Below are positions 62,445 through 64,000 of a DNA stretch of 64,000 nucleotides, in pieces (position 1 is the stretch's first letter; every line of letters starts with the position of its first letter). The notes under the pieces are model-generated. The model saw only the letters and a program-made list of their open reading frames with translations, did not search any database and was not told the origin of the DNA. The stretch covers positions 124,001-188,000 of the forward strand of contig MU057615.1 in the NCBI GenBank assembly GCA_013265495.1, read 5' to 3'. The stretch is from Vicugna vicugna (Eukaryota). Both the position numbers and the translations under genes were made by a program.

Positions 62445-64000
62445 TTTTTTAAACTTTTTATTTTGAGATTATTATAAAGAAGAAATCACAAAAATTGCAC
62501 AGGAAGGCCTAGATTCCCTCTCCCCCATTTCCCCAAAGTTTGGCATCTTACATAACTGTACGACAACAGTGAAACATTGTGAAAACATTGATACTGATAC
62601 AATCCACAGAACTTGCTCAGATTGCACCTCTTCTGCATGCCCACACATGCACTCTTGTGTATCTTTTTATGTGTTCTCTGAAGTTTTGTTACCTGTGTGG
62701 GTGCCTGTAATCACCACCACAGGGAAGATACATGACTGTTCCATCATGGCAGAGATCTCAGGAGATCTCCTCTTCCTCCAGAGCCACACCCATCCCCTCC
62801 CCATCTATAACTTCTGGAAACCACTAATCTATTCTCCAAGAATGTCTTACACATTCATTGAATCATACAAAATGCAGCCTCCGCCGGTTACCTCCTTTTC
62901 ACGCGGCATAATATTCTTGAGACTCATCCAACTTGTTAGCATCAGTAGTTTCTTTTTATTCCTGACTAGTATTTCATGGTATGAATGTATCACAGTTTGT
63001 TAAACCATTCACTCATTGAAGGATATTTGGGTTGTTTCCAGTGTTTTTACTATAAGAAAGAAAATTGCTATGAACATTTTTGTATTGGTTTTAATGTCAG
63101 CCTAAATTTTCATTCCTCTCAGATAAAAGCCTGAGAATTCTATTTCTGCATAAAATAGTAAGGATATATTTAGTTTAAAAAATGTTACAGGAAATCACCA
63201 AACTACTTCCCAGAGTAGTTGTACCATTTTACATCCCCACCATCAGTGTATAAGAGATCTGGTTTCTCTGTGTCTTCTGCAGCATTTGGTGTTTGTTTGG
63301 TTGTTTTTCTTTTTAATTTTAGCTATTTTAATAGGTGCATTGACATCTCATCATGGCCTTAATTTGTTTTTCCTTGGTGGTTAATGATGTTGACCATCTT
63401 TTCACCTTACGTTTATCTGCCATGTATATCTCCTCTTCAGTGAAATGTCCGTTAGTATCTTTCGCCCATTTTCTAATTGAATTGTTTTGTACTCTTGAGA
63501 GTTCTTCACATATTCTAGACAGGAGTCCTTTGTCAGATACGTGGTTTGCAAATATTTTCTCTTTCTCTAAGTCTGTAGATTGTCTTTCCAATATCTTAAT
63601 AGGATTTTGTAGAAAAAAAGAGTTTTAAGTTTTGGTAAAGTACAATTTATTGATTTCTTTTTTATGGGTTGTGCTTTTGGTATCATCTATAAGAACTCTC
63701 CATCTTCCTACAGGTCAGGATGATTCTTTCTTATGTTTTCTTCTTATGTTTTGCAGCTTTACATTTTGCTCTTAAATCTATCATCAATTTCTAATTAATT
63801 TTTCTATAAAGTGTGAGATTTTGCTTTAAGCTCATTATTTTCCCCCTATGGATATCCATTGCTCCAGCACCAAAAATTGAAGAGATTATTCTTTAACAAG
63901 TGAATTGCCTTTGCGTTTTTGTACAAAATCCGTGGGTCGCACTTTCTGGGGTTGATTTGTGGGCTCTCTGTTCTGTTCCCCGGATCTGTGTTTCTGTTAT
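62445..64000 (-). mobile_element. Older L1 (L1MB/MC-like) 3' UTR and ORF2 end, running off the window
   Basis: ORF 63328-63591 (EKIFANHVSDKGLLSRICEEL...IRKWAKD..HFTEEEIYMA) is L1 ORF2p. Antisense 3' UTR lies to its left. Confidence 0.92.

Noticed and set aside
1..64000. CRISPR array, prokaryotic operon or novel multi-gene system
   Set aside because: The DNA is mammalian and repeat-rich, with no regularly spaced repeats or gene-dense ORF structure. All recognisable peptides derive from L1, GOSR2 or PYGO2.

Overview
This is a repeat-rich, non-coding window of a placental mammal genome. It is most likely a camelid (alpaca, vicuña or camel), judged from the tRNA-Ala-derived Vic-1-type SINEs and the young L1 3' UTR type. 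I found no intact protein-coding exon, RNA gene or CRISPR array. Two processed pseudogenes lie on the minus strand. One is a GOSR2 retrocopy (6327-6881) inserted into a MER2 DNA transposon; its homology stops exactly at codon 112 and continues into a non-canonical polyadenylated 3' end. The other is a full-length PYGO2 retrocopy (~48575-52245) that splits an old L1 and is itself split by two young L1s. The rest is about 20 solo ERV LTRs, several MaLR LTRs, 13 L1 insertions, 3 SINEs, DNA transposon fossils and microsatellites. The most unusual items are: the GOSR2 retrocopy as a possible fossil of a truncated isoform; a TSD-flanked L1 with 5'UTR and partial ORF1 fused directly to the 3'UTR (half-L1-like); a TSD-flanked insertion made only of an L1 5' end; and a twin-primed L1 whose inversion junction is tandemly duplicated. 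Family names come from recalled consensus sequences, not database searches. Boundaries without a TSD are approximate.
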